Source of the DNA: Kondoa subrosea | Lineage: Eukaryota | DNA: 64,000 bases | Reading direction: 5' to 3' | NCBI GenBank assembly: GCA_039545335.1 | Contig: BCIN01000002.1 | Span: 881,118 to 945,117 of the forward strand | Part shown: piece after piece, positions 50,110-63,300 of the stretch | How positions within the stretch are numbered: the first letter of the stretch is position 1 | Layout of the letters: every line of letters begins with the position of its first letter | Made by a program: the position numbers and the translations under genes | The notes under the pieces: model-generated | Told to the model about the DNA's origin: nothing | Seen by the model: the letters and a program-made list of their open reading frames with translations, nothing else | Database searches by the model: none

Positions 50110-53062
50110 CTAAGCATTTCCATTCTCTTGCACTCCATTTGTTGTGGGAGCAGGCGAATTCCTCTCTACAGCTTTCAATCTCTTGACTTCATCCGAATTC
50201 CTTCCTCCATCCGCTTCGTCCGCACTTCTCTTCAGAGTAATTTTCAGACTAGGTGTGTTTGGTATTGCAGCAGGCTCTGAAGTAACTATCGGTCCAGCTG
50301 AAGATGAAGCAGAGGCTAGTGCCATGAGTGAATCTGCTGGTTCCTCCTGATCATAATCTTCATCAACTTGTCTAGTTACAGAAGCGGAATCTTCAGGTCC
50401 TGAATGAGCTGTTTCCGCAGGAGAAGGATGTCCCGATGTCGTCGCTGAAGAGTCGTTAGCTTGTCTTGTTGGCGTGCTTGTGCCTGCTTGAGATCGGGAA
50501 GAAGAGGTAGGAGCTTTCCGGCTGGTCGTAGCAGAGGGCGGTTTTACAGCGCTGTTTACTGGTGATCGAGCATTCTGGACACTATTCCCGCTTGCAGGTT
50601 TGTGCGATCGAGGTGACGCTTCTTGCTGCTGCTGCTGCTGTTGCTCAGACGGTGTAGGTGGACTACCTCTCATTTGGGAGTCTTGACTCATGCGAGGGTT
50701 CTGAAGATGAGGAGGTAAACCAGATCCACCAGAAGTGAAACTATTGAGAGCAGCTGGCGCTCGAGCTCGATATCCAGGTTGAGTAGATACAGGAGGCGAA
50801 ACTGTATGTCTTCGATCCATTGCTTCAGCAGGTGTTGATCTCCGCTCCCATTCTTCAATGCCCTGTCTTGAGACACTTGGACCTGGTGCTTGTCTTCTAG
50901 CTAATTCATGAGCCATAGGTCCAGCGGATTGTGGCATTCTTGCATCATTGAAGGATTTCAAATGAGGTAAATGACCATTGTTAGGTTGACCTGAAGCGTT
51001 GCTTATGGAAGTACGCAAAGATCCACCAGGTGAAGGTCGAGGTGCTTCCATTTCTCTTCTTCTGTTCAACATGCTCAAATCAACCGATTCTCTTTGGTTC
51101 GCTCTTTCCTGCATTCCATTAGCTGGGGAAGGTATTTGAGCATGACCATTCCTTGGGGGTGAGTTCATATGAGGACCACCACTATGTTCAGTCCCGAAAG
51201 CCATGGCTGGACCAGGTGGACCTAATGCACTAGCGCTATTGGCAAAAGTCCAACTCGAAGAGCTTGGTGAAATATCTTTAGGTTTCGGTGGAGGTGAAAG
51301 AGGACTGCCACGTTTTCGATGCGCTTCAATATGATCCAACCTTTGTCGAACAGCATCGTTCGTTTCATCCAATTGCAGAGTTCTTCTATATGCATCGATC
51401 GCATCGTTCATTTGATCGTTGCAGCTTTCGTATAACGCTCCAAGGTTATGCCAAACTTCAGAAAGGTAAGGATTGATGCGAATTGCTCTGGAATAAGCAT
51501 CGAGCGAATCGTGATATTGATTGATTTGATAATAGAGCACGCCGATCGAGCACCAGAAAGCTGGGTTCTTGCCATCTCGGTAGACAGCTTGTTGATATGC
51601 TTCATAGGCTTTCCCATAGTTTCCGCCGGTCATATAAGCTCGACCAAGTAGATACCAGCTAAAGGGATCGTTTGCGTCTGTGAACAAAGGACTGCAGAAT
51701 CAGCAGATGCTAATATTATGCAAACCTTCTGCTCACCTTGTTCTAAGCTTTTTGTGAGGATGATGACTGATTTCTCTGGGTCATAGAAAGATGCCGGCCG
51801 ACGATGATAAAGACCGCCAAGTTGTTGCAGTACTTTGGCATGGTTCGGATTAGCAGCCAACACTCGATCATAGGCGTCTTTGGCAGAATCGTACTGTGCA
51901 TAAAAGCCACAAATTCAGCAATGAACCTTGCAGATTGTGACTTTGCACGCACATCTTGTATTTGTTCGTAAACATGACCGATCTGGAACCAGATATCAAT
52001 CTCAGTAAGTGGACGAGGAGGGTTATGTAAGATGTATTTGAAGCATTGTAAACTGGCATGCGAGTTCTTTTGCTGTTTGTAAATAATGCCCAATCGGAAA
52101 TAGATTTCGTTTGCTTTTTCGAATTCTGCCAAGACGATTAAGAGGATCACTGAAGCGATAAAAAGGAGGATACGTACTAGGATCTGTGTTAATTACGCTT
52201 GCGAAAGCTTCTTCTGCGTGTTCCAAGCTACCGTAGCGATCGTAAAGTATGCCGATTCCATACCAAAGCTTTGGTTCATTCTGTTCGCACACTTAGACGC
52301 CATTCTCAGCAGAAAAGCAAATCGAGTAAGCGAACCTTTGCATCTGGGATATGATGAATCGCTTGCTGATAACAGGTGTAGGCTTTTTGCAGGTCATCGA
52401 TCATAAGATAGCAATGTCCTGTACCCTATGTGAGCTCCTTTGGTAATTATACGGTCAGCAAACTGACCGAGAGCACCCCAAACTTCTCCAGCTGTATCGT
52501 TCAAATGCAAGAACCTCGTAAAGTATTCCGAAGCTTCAACAAACTTCTCTTGCTGCCTCAGTATGTTTCCCGTGCTCGCTAAAGCTTCAGTATTATAAGG
52601 AGAATGCCTTAAGGCGGTTTCATAACTCGATAAAGCTCTTGCCCAATCACCGATAGCTTCAGCAACTCTTCCAGCTTGAACCCAAGTAGCCTCAATTTCC
52701 GCATCCAATTTAGCTAAGACTGGGGTAGTAAGTTTCATAGGTCCACCATGTTTGCTGTTATCTCGGCCTAAACCGAGCATTTGAGAAGCTTGCATATTTC
52801 TTTCTGCACCCAATTGTAAGATGAGGGAAACAGTTTGAGAGATTGTAGGTTGATTAGGACCACCTCCTAAACCTGCACCACCTGCATGAACAGTAGTTGA
52901 AGCTTGTTGTTGTTGATGATGAGGTCCACCAGGTAAATGACCAGAAGGTGGATATGGTCGGTTGTTAGCTTGAGATTGAGGTGAATTGTTGTAATTTGCC
53001 ATGGGTCCACCTAAAGGTCGAACCATGTTCGATTGAGGAGGTCTTTGATGTGACATTTGCAT
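50110..53062 (-). CDS. CYC8: TPR transcriptional co-repressor Cyc8/Ssn6
   Basis: EPKLWYGIGILYDRYGSLEHAEEAF, ANEIYFRLGIIYKQQ, DIWFQIGHVYEQ, AYEAYQQAVYRDGKNPAFWCSIGVLYYQINQYHDSLDAYSRAIRINPY. Confidence 0.96.
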
Positions 53063-53497
53063 TATCAATTATAAAGGCCAAAGAGCGGACTCCAAAAAAG
53101 GCTTGGTGCCGCCTTTTCCAGGTGATGTGCGAAAAGTCAAGGTATACAGTTGAGACTCGCGTGGTCTATGATTCGAGCATCCAAGCCAGAAGAGAGAAAA
53201 AGACGTGATTCCCAAGGCCAATCGTCGGCAAAGGCACCAAGAAAGTCTATTTTCCACAAAGACTGAACTTGTTCGCACTACTGGGAGGCTCAAGATCAGG
53301 TAGTGGGAAGGTAAGGTCGGATTGGCGGTGCTTCGTCACTGGTTGAGAAGGAGAAAGGGCTTTCTCGGCAAATCCTACAAAAGCCGGGATTACCCCAGGT
53401 TTCAAATTCGAAGCTGCCGCGTGACTTTGTCTTTGATGCGAAAAAAAACTAAAGAGATCATCGATACAGCCTACAGTACAGCGGTACCCTATATATC

Positions 53498-55091
53498 ATG
53501 GCTGGATTCCAAGCAGCGCCAGTAGCTTCAACATCTTCGGGATCAAGCGAAACCAAGTCTAGATTATTGAGATTTCAAGGCAGTGCCAGATTTCGACACA
53601 GGCTTGTATTGAGCTTGTTGTCACGAAGACCAGTCAGGATAGATAATATTCGATCAGATGACGACGAGCCTGGCCTGAAAGGTTAGCCTCAAATGCGCAT
53701 GAATTGAACAGAATGCAAATTTGCGAAATGCATGATGGAACAGATTTCGAAATCTCTTTTTTGCGCTTGATGGAACGGATCTCCAATGGAACAGTAGTAG
53801 AGATCTCTTACACTGGTCTGCTTTGCCTTTCCTTCTTCAGTTTGTTCCGTCAGATCTCATCCATTCGATACAGGTACTTCTATTCTCTTCTCACCTGGAA
53901 CTCTACTCGGAGGTCAACATACAGTCAAACTTCCTCTCTCTCGATCTGTTGGATGGTTTCTCGAACCAATATTACCGCTCGCACCTTTTTGCAAGAAACC
54001 TCTTGCAATCACTTTTCAGGGTATAACAACGGATGGAAGAGATGCAAGCGTGCGTGAGATATCGGAGTATGCTATCTTGTAGCTAACTTTCGTACCTTCC
54101 TGTGCACAGGTCGATACTCTGCGATTATCCTGTTTACCTCATCTAGCACTATGCCTTCCCTCTTCAGATGGTCTAGAACTCCGAGTAAAGCCATGCTCTG
54201 ATGTACCTTAATATATTCTGATGTCCAGACGCTAGATAGCGAAACGAGGTCATCCACCGTTAGGAGGCGGAGAAGTAACTTTCCGATGTCCGGTAGTGAA
54301 ACAGCTCAAACCGGGGTTGGATTTCGTTTCCGTTGGTCAAGTACAGAAGATCCGAGGAGTAGCGTGCGTCAATCGCTCTTTCTAAGCATGGTTTCATGCT
54401 AAGAAGACAAGATTGGTTCGCACAGGCACTCCTTGAGGGTTTCACCGCAGTTTTCAAATCGACTTGTTAGTGCTGCAAGAGGTGTACTGAACAGATTCAT
54501 ACCCGATATCTACATTTACACCGATGTCTTTAAAGGTGACGAGAGCGGAAAGTACGTCTACACCCAGGCTTGCTTCGATTACCTCCATCCTGAGCGCTGT
54601 ATTGAATCAGATCACCCGGATATGCTCTAACACTCTTATCGACTTCAACTACTTCTGTTCTACATTCAGCAGAAACTACTTCTTCCACACCAACGGGGGA
54701 TGATCAGCAAACACCTGAAGATTTAGGAACAGCTGCTGCTTATGCTTTATTGTACGAGATCAACAGAGGAGGATGTATTGATCGGGGTAACGAAGTGCTC
54801 GTTACTACGCTCATGACATTAGGAAGAGAAGGTGATGTAGTCAGATGCTTGATCGGTGGTCCGATGGATGCTTCATTGTAAGTTCCCCTTCTTGACTAAA
54901 GCTAGTACGCTGCAAAACACTCACACGAATTTGGTGGCAATAGAATACAACATCTGAGGGATCTAAGGGATTTTACTGGAGTCTCGTTCAAGATCAAAGA
55001 TCTACCTTCTTCTATCGAACAAGGAAGGGAAGAGATTCAGCTTGCTTGTGTACCATTCGGTTTCGCTTCAGTAGCAGCAAAGACTTCGTGA
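53498..55091 (+). CDS. RCL1: RNA 3'-phosphate cyclase-like protein Rcl1
   Basis: FRHRLVLSLLSRRPVRIDNIR, SFLRLMERISNGT, RGHPPLGGGEV, RVSPQFSNRLV, FIPDIYIYTD, KSPGYAL; TGA 55089-55091. Confidence 0.93.
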
Positions 55092-55128
55092 AACGTCGGC
55101 ATATCTTGTACAAGCATATATAATAGAT

Positions 55129-56067
55129 TCACAAATACCCGGTTGCTGCGCCTTTTGTCCATATTTTAGGTCCGGCTTCTTCTAATTTATACTGTATCGT
55201 ATGCGCGTAGGTCGTCACTGGAATATTAGAGCGATCTAGTAAACCAGGAGCTCGGTTGATCGTGAACTGGAATAGGTTGGTCAGATCGACAATTGGGAAA
55301 GAGGGAAAATGAAGGGGAAAACTCACTTCACCCATCTGCTGTGATCTCAGACTTCGAGTAGAAATCCATATATCAGTAGAGAAGAGAATATGTTGTAAAG
55401 CTGAATCATCTTCTGCATCCGGCGGATGTTCTTCCGAAGCGTTCGTGAATGTGGTATCGCCATGAAATAAGGTGACGAGTGAGATATGCGACTGAAGATA
55501 TTGAGACAGGTAGGCTTGAACGAGACAAGACTCACGTCGCATGTCAGAACCCGAAGAGCGTTTGTCAGTTGAATCACTTCCGGTACTGAGACTAAGCCGT
55601 TCCAGAGTAATACGGTAAGATCATCGATGAGGATCAAAGGAGGTGTTAAAGATTCTTCAAAGCCTGCTAGTTCTTCATGAATAGCCTGAAGTATGTCTTT
55701 CCGCGAGGTGAAAGATCCTTGGGTAAGCGAATGAAGGCCATCGATGAACCGAAAGTGACCCGTTCGTTTGAAAGTGGATAGTTGCACACTCTACGAGCAG
55801 AAGATAAGCAATCCGAGCTAATTGATTGCCAAAGTCATGACTTGCATTTTTCTTGAGAATGCCTTCATAATGTTCCACGATGTCCCGAAACGATACCAAC
55901 AAGCAATTGCGGCCTTCTTTGAGTCCCCGAGCAAGGAAATGAGTCAACAAGAAAGTACCAGGCGAGGCCAGAGTGTCTGTAATGAGCAAACTTAATCCGG
56001 GCGGAAGTGAAGCTCCTGGTCCGTCTTGGAAGGCCAGGATATGTTGCAGTGTTGTGTTGGATGTCAT
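55129..56067 (-). CDS. ELP6: Elongator subunit 6-like protein
   Basis: LLITDTLASPGTFLLTHFL, FRFIDGL, LILIDDLTVLLW, WISTRSLRSQQMGE, IWTKGAATGYL. Confidence 0.8.
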
Positions 56068-56418
56068 CTGTACAGCTCTCTGCTACTTTCACTCTGGTTC
56101 TGTTGCTTGTGCAATGCAAACATGTTGAAATCGGCAAAGTCTTTTACGTGTTCTCTTCATGTCTGGGATCCCCTACTACTGTCATCGACTGTGCTCCTGC
56201 TATGCTATTACTATAATATGACGCGCCGCATGAAAATGGCATTCCCACAAAAAGATGGCTGATCCGCTTGCAACATCTCGCCATCCGATTTGCATCCTGC
56301 CTACTCTGTGGAATGGCAAAGCTAGCATATATCTACTGCTAGAATGAACTTTGCTTCTTTCTTTTGCATTCATACCTTTTATACTTGTGCTTCATCAAAT
56401 CGTTGACATTAAATCACA

Positions 56419-57920
56419 ATGCCTTCAACTATGATGCCTCGTCCTCGCACTGCCTCCAATGTGGAACGTATGAATGGTACCACACTTGCTTTCACCAACA
56501 GCAAAGGTCTCTGTGGTCTCGGCCTTGGTCTTCCTACTTCAACCTCGACCAATTCACCTGCAACCTTAGCTGCTCCCATCAAAGCACCTCTTCGAGTTCG
56601 TTCAGTGCCATGCATCAAGGTTTCTTATGAAACTATTCTCTTCTCGCCGGAATCATCTATCGAAGACAATGCAATGGAAGCAATCATCTCCAAACCTGCT
56701 GATTTCGATTTCCCCATGCCACCCGCTGCAAAGCAACAGATTCCTTCCATCCGTATGGACATCAGCTATTGGAGCCCTGCCAGTCCTATCATCAGTGAAC
56801 AAGCATCTGATTCCGATTCGTGAGTCTTCTTGCTCCGTCATTTTGAACATTTGCTGACCCGATTGTTAGGCCTGCTTTGAGCACTCCCGAATCTATGGCG
56901 CAATCCACCGAATATTCTCCAGTCCAGAGCTCATCGGTCGAAGCTTCACCAATTGAAAAGCCTTCTCCAGCCTCTGGCAATTTCTCCCTCAACCTTCATC
57001 CTTGTCTACATCTTCTTTCTCCCAAAGCTGAACCTTTGGCAAGAGCGGCATCTCAAGCCGGCATCGATACTTCGTCCGCTCTGGAAGCAGCTCACGAATT
57101 CGGTTGGATCGTTTCAATGGTTGAAGCTGGTTCCGTTTCACAAGATTTACCTACTTCAGTAATCGAATCACCTCTTCCTTCACCAGTTTCAATCATCTCA
57201 ACTGCTTCTGTTGCATCTGTTGCGTCTTCCTCTCCATCAGATCATGACATGTCAAGAACCCAATCCATCATGTCTGCTTTCTCAAACTCTCCCGCTTCGA
57301 CTGCACGAACTTCTATTTCGAGTCAATCAGAAAAGGAAAGCATGGTTTCTCGCAAACGACCTATTCAAACTTCTTCTGCATCAGCAATGAGATTCGGAGG
57401 AGCAAGAGCTGGAGATATGAATCATCAACTCCGGTCAAGAGCTTTAGGAGCAAGAAGAGGTTCTTCAATGACTTTAGCTTCTGCTACTTCTTTTTCTTCT
57501 TTCTCGGAATCAAACAATTCACCTTCTTCTTCTTCTTCCTCATCTTCTTCATCTTCATCTTCACCTGCTCAACAACTTTCAGCTCAATTGAGATCAGTTC
57601 AATCAATGTATCAAATCAGAGAAGAAGGTACAACTACACTCGCAACGATCAAAATTAAGAAATCTTCACCTACTCTTTCATCTACCAAAACGGGTACAAC
57701 AAGACAAGATTTACTTCGTTTATGGGCAGAAGCAGAACAGTCTTCTTCAGTACAACCTCAATTGAAAGGGAAGAAATCGTTTGGTGTACTGAAATGGTTG
57801 GGTGGTTTGAAAAAGGAGAAATCTTCGCAACCTCAAATTACTTCAGCGATGAAAGAAGTGAAAGAACCTAGTGTGAAGAGAACTAGATCGATTGAAAATA
57901 TGTTGATGCAGAAGAATTGA
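56419..57920 (+). CDS. Ser/Pro-rich low-complexity hypothetical protein
   Basis: Two long ORFs joined by one ~50-nt intron (about 56820-56869); poly-Ser run; no recognised domain. Confidence 0.7.
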
Positions 57921-58299
57921 TTGGTTTGCTTACTTTTTGGTTTTTTTTTGGGCTATTTGGGATTGTATCATATAGACTTTTCGATGTAACAGATATAAGA
58001 ATCTATTCTTTTTTGGTCCACTATCGTGCTCTGCTCAGTCTATCTTTACACTGCTGTTATCCGCTTTCTGCCATTTTTGAGTCAATGACTCGAAGATTGT
58101 GTTTGATATACTTTCGATTGCATGTATTTATCACACGAAGGCTACTATTTGTACTTTTTTCCCAATCCCGTTCAATACAGAGTCAACAATCTTCCAGCTA
58201 GAGCAGTGACATCGATCACTGTGAAGGCAGTGTTGCTGAGTGTGACCCAATCTGACAGAAATAACGTCAGTTCCAATTCCTTCAATATACAATCGCAGA

Positions 58300-59030
58300 A
58301 AAGAGATTACCTAATCCATGACCCAAGGTCCATCTGTGAGAATTGTGCCTTCTCAGCATCTTGATACAGATGATGACAGCCCGACTCACCTTCCAGTTCG
58401 AGCGGTTGAGAAATAAGTAGTCAACATGCTAGTCAAGTGAATAGCAACCAAAGGAGCAAGAGTGATGACGTCCAAATAAGCTTCAGTAGTGGATGAAGGT
58501 CTTTCGGTTTGATAAAGGTAGTAAAGACGAATCAAGCACATGGTAGCGGTTGAAAGGTTGTTGATTCCTAAGTATTTGATCATATCTGTGAGTACCGACA
58601 CCACTGCTATCAGCTATGCTGAATACAAGTGCCAAGTAACTCGCCTATGCTGCCTGGCTCGATTTTGCCTTGTGCTGAAATCTTCTCATAGACGGTTTCA
58701 GGGTAGTACATGGAAGTGAATCTGTGATACCAAACAATCTGGACACCCAGCATACGGGTGGTTCAACTTGTAGGACTCACGCTGCAGTTGCATGGTAGGC
58801 CTATATTTTGTGATGTCAGCTTCGTCTTGTGCGACTATAAGGGAGCGTACAAAGTTGAGGCCATAGATTGCTCCACGACCAGCTAGAGAGCAACAAAGGC
58901 ATGAGCTTTTGCCAGCTCGGATCCAAGTATTCTGGTGAACATACGTTGCGAAAGTGCGAGACTGCGAGCAGAACTTTGAGCCCAGCTCTGAGACCTGTGG
59001 CTGAAGAGGCTCACCCAACGATAGCAGACA
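58300..59030 (-). CDS. Small hypothetical membrane protein, possibly degenerate
   Basis: Exon chain GAIYGLNF|AYHATAAF...|VVSVLTDMIKYLGINNLS...VAIHLTSML...TGR; first and last exon phases do not resolve cleanly. Confidence 0.4.
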
Positions 59031-59142
59031 TGAGTTTAGGATAGATACTAGTGAATTGTTCAAGAACAAGCTCTGAATGCATCTCAAGCTTGCGAGGCTC
59101 TTGCTTCAACCGCGACCCTTCTTTCCTGGCTACCTGCTCAGC

Positions 59143-60193
59143 ATGTCTAATCCTCTAGAAGTAGCCTCTCCCCCTGTGCTTTGCAACCCCCGCTGATTTG
59201 GACTGCACTCTGTGTGTTATAGATTGTTCGTCAGCTCTTATGTTTCGAGCGTTTCACAGTCTCATCATGACCCTCTCTCTCTTAGAATGGAGGCTCCTGT
59301 ATTGCAATGAAGGGCAAGAACTGTGTGGCTATTGCTTGTGATCTCAGATTAGGGAATCAAGCGTTGCTCATATCGACCAATTTCGAAAAGGTGCGTTCTC
59401 GTAGCGAGACTGCTTTATGTACTGTTGTACTCAGTACTTATGGACATGACGTACAGGTCTTTCAAATCACACCAAAACTCTTCCTTGGTTTACCTGGTCT
59501 TGCAACAGACACATTAACAGTGTCAGTCCCATCTTGCTGAACATCAGACTCAGCTCTGATTCTTGAGCAATCCGGACGATAGATTTGAGAAGCTCAGACA
59601 CAGAGTTAACATGTACAAGATGAAAGAAGATCGTTCTATCGCTCCTCGAGCATTCGCATCTTTAGCTTCTTCAACGTTATACGAAAGACGGTTTGCTGCA
59701 CTTACCTTCTTCATCAGTCTTTCGGCTGATGAACGGGTATGGTGACGTAAACAGATTCGGACCTTACTTCGTTGAACCTGTGATTGCTGGACTGGAAGAA
59801 GATGGAACACCTTTTATCGCAGCAGCAGATCTGATCGGGTGTCTCAATTTCGCAAAGGCAGGTTTTCGTTACTCGTTTAAGCACAGTAAACGTGCTAAAC
59901 GATGAGACCACCTGCAGGACTTTGTGGTCGCTGGTACAGCGGGAGAGAAACTCTTTGGTATGGCTGAAGCACTTTGGGAACCGGATCTAGAACCAGAAGA
60001 ACTCTTTGAGACTATCAGTCAATCTTTATTGAACGTATGTCCTTCCATGCTGCGTTGCATAATTTATGCTGAGAACAGAATGACGGTCACACAGGCGGTA
60101 GATCGAGATGCTTTCTCAGGTTGGGGTGCACATGTATGGGTGATTGAGAAAGACAAGGTGACGAAACGTATACTGAAAGCTCGCATGGATTGA
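59143..60193 (+). CDS. PUP3: 20S proteasome subunit beta-3
   Basis: [67 protein letters not shown]. Confidence 0.97.
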
Positions 60194-60314
60194 AATGACA
60201 ATACTCAAAGTTTTGCATATTCCTCTCTAGGTGAGAAGTCCATGATTTCATTCGCATGCTATATTACATTTTTTCCTTTATGTGAAAGATATCATAATGA
60301 TTTGTTTGCCCTAC

Positions 60315-63300
60315 TTAGACTTGTCGAGGTTGTTCTAATTTCCTTTGTACTAATGCTAAAGCGTGATCTACCACCTTCATACCAGCCACATCTTTGGCTG
60401 CATTGGCTCGAAGGATTGCTTTCGAACAGAGTCAGCTCACTCCGTACTCATGAAATTGAGACACTCACTGCCATTCAGAGCTCGGTAGGCTATCTGAAGT
60501 ATTCTTGGAATGTATTCCCTTGTTGCATAATCCGCGTCTTGCAGGAAATTAGCATGACGGATTGCGGGCAAAAGGAGAGACTCACAATCCAAATGCATAA
60601 CACAAGCAACGAACCATCTTAGATATGTCATCTCTCTTGGATCAAGAGGTCCTTGTCTAAGAGGTAAGTTATCCACCAAGCGATGTGCCAAAGAAAGGAG
60701 TACAGTTTGCGATACGACTGGTTTGCCTTCTCTATCTCTGGCGAAAATTGCATCCATTCGATAAGGAGGAGCTTCATGAGTGAATTGAGCTAAATCGTTT
60801 GGGTTAGTTGAAGAAAGGATCATGAGCAGGATATCTTCATATTGAGCGGGAGGAGTCCTAGATCGCTCAGGAACAGGTGCTGCATCGCTATTGTAGATTT
60901 CTCTTTGTGAGGGCAAAGCTTCAACAGCTACTGTAGGACTTGGTTGTAGAGATTGGATTTGCAGTTGAGCGACAGCAGAAGAAAGGTTTCGCATCTCTAC
61001 CGCTAAAGCAGTCAATGCGCCATGATTTTCGCCAACTAGTTCTTTGCGAATGGATACCATTTCTTTTTGCATCTCTCGAGACATGTGATCCATCAATTGC
61101 TTCGTTGAATGTTGCATAGCGGCATGGATCGACTTTTCGATGAGCGGGCCTGTTGTATCGGTCAAAGCTGCCGCGAGAGCATTAACATTCTCATCGTCTG
61201 CTAGAAGAACAGCAATTGCGTCAGGAAGTGCCTGTGAGAGTACGAATCAGATTAAGAACCCTTACAGTCCAAATGATGCAAGCTCACCTTCTGCAAAGAC
61301 TGCCGAACTGCATCGCCAATCTCCTCATTGATCGATTCGCGCATGATTTTAGTGATTGAGGGAATCAACACATCGCGCACTGTGACTAGTATTAGCCAAG
61401 CTGTGTGCCTAGTCTAGCATCACTTACTTTCGCTCTTGACGGACTGCTCGAGCGTCTTGTTGGTCTGAGTTCCGAGTGTCTTGCTGACACTGTCAGAGAA
61501 GTCTCTGCATAAGCTTAAATCGAGCCAATGCAGATGATCACTGACAGTGCAAGAAGGTTCTCCTGTCTTGAGATTTCGCCCACACTTTGTTGAGCGATCG
61601 CCTTTTGTAGTGTATTGCCTATCGATGATTAGTTCAGGTTCTAGCAACGAAGGAATAGCTCACTTTGTTCTGTTATCTGAGAGGTAACCAACCCTGACAA
61701 GCTCGATTCGAGAGCCTTCAACTTAGCCTCAAGATCTACCTGAGGTGTTACTGGAGCAGGTTTCTCTTTCTTTACACTCTCCGCAGTGAGTACAGGAACT
61801 TCAGTGGTCTGAGCTGCCTCTTGCTCCCTCTTAGCTTCTTCGGCTTTCGCAGCCTTCTTCTTGCTCTTCTTTGAAACGGTCAGCGTAGGATCTTCATGAT
61901 CGCTAGCCGTAGCCGTCTCCTTCTCTACTAAAATTCGATCTTTCAAGTCAATCTTGGGACTTTCTTCTTTCGTTGCTTCCGCTTTGACTTCAACTTGACT
62001 TTCCCTTTCCGCTTCTTGGACCATAGTCTTGATTAATGAAGAAGGCAGATGTAGTTCTGATATTCCATCCAAAGTCATACAGAACAAACTCGGTTCTGCA
62101 TGTCGCAGTGAAGCAGCAAAAGAAACGACTTGTTTTGGTGCTGGAATCTCAAGAATTCGATCTATCCGAGGAAGGAGAGCAGTCGTATCTGGTTGTTCCG
62201 CTTTAGATCCCAAGTATGTTTTGACGTATTCAAGAGCTGAAGTGGAAGTAGCTTTTGCAACTGGAGAAGTGACTGGCTGAGGTAAAGAAATATGCAGCGC
62301 AAATATAGATCCACGCAGAGTGTTGCTCCAAAGAAGAAGCTGTGAGGCGGCGTCATACGAGAGGAAGTTGTAGCATACTTCAACTGGTTCTCTAGCTGGT
62401 CGAACCAATTCAGAATGAGATAAGAGTCTACCGGAAAGAGAGAAGATATTGATCTTGGTAGCTGAATCGTAAGCTACTGCTAAACCAGCTGGATGACCTT
62501 CTTTATCACTCAACAATACAATCTTGGCATTGAATTTTTCGCTTGAAGGCTCAAGGCAGAAGAAGGAAGAGATTTCCGACAAGTCAGATCCAGATAGTAG
62601 ACGCAAGCGGCCATTATCCAACACAGCCAGAAGTGATGCATCTTCCGAGATGGCGAAATCGGAAGAATCGGATTGCGAAATGTTAGCTGGGTTCTTTGAG
62701 CTTGTCAGCTGCTTCTTCGCAATCCAGCAGCCTGAAGAGTATCCTTGATCGACTTGCATAGGGCTGCTCGCCTGTTGTGGGATTTTGCTGTAGTCGAAAG
62801 CGAGAAGATAACCATCAGTTGCAGCAAAGAAGATCTTGTCATTGTTTTGCGGATCAAAATGAACTGAATAGAGGAGCTTTTCTGGGTAGCCAGCATCTGA
62901 ATCCAATGACTGCCAAGGCAAATTCATCTGCAACAGCATTTTATGCCTGTACCTCAAGAAATTCGTTAGCGTATTATTCGCAGATAAATTAACGTACGCA
63001 CGGAGGATGATCTCTTTGGAATTCAGGTGGGAATTTCCAAAGTATGCAACTCCCATCGAGCGAAACAGAACACAATCGAACTTGACCATCTTGCGTCTTA
63101 ATTTGGCCGAACTCCATATCCAGAACAGCAGCTTGATGACCTTTCAATAACAACCTCGCACCAGAATTTCGATCCAAAACTCTAATGCTTCCTCTTTTCG
63201 TTGCATAAGCAATCAAGTTCTCCCTTACTGCGACTCTGCGTCCAGTTTGATACGCATTGAGTGTTTCAAAGAGAGTGACAGGCGTGATCTTGAGGTCTTC

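Noticed and set aside
57520..57565. TCT/TCA trinucleotide run, and the CTG run near 50625
   Set aside because: Ordinary poly-Ser and poly-Gln coding tracts.
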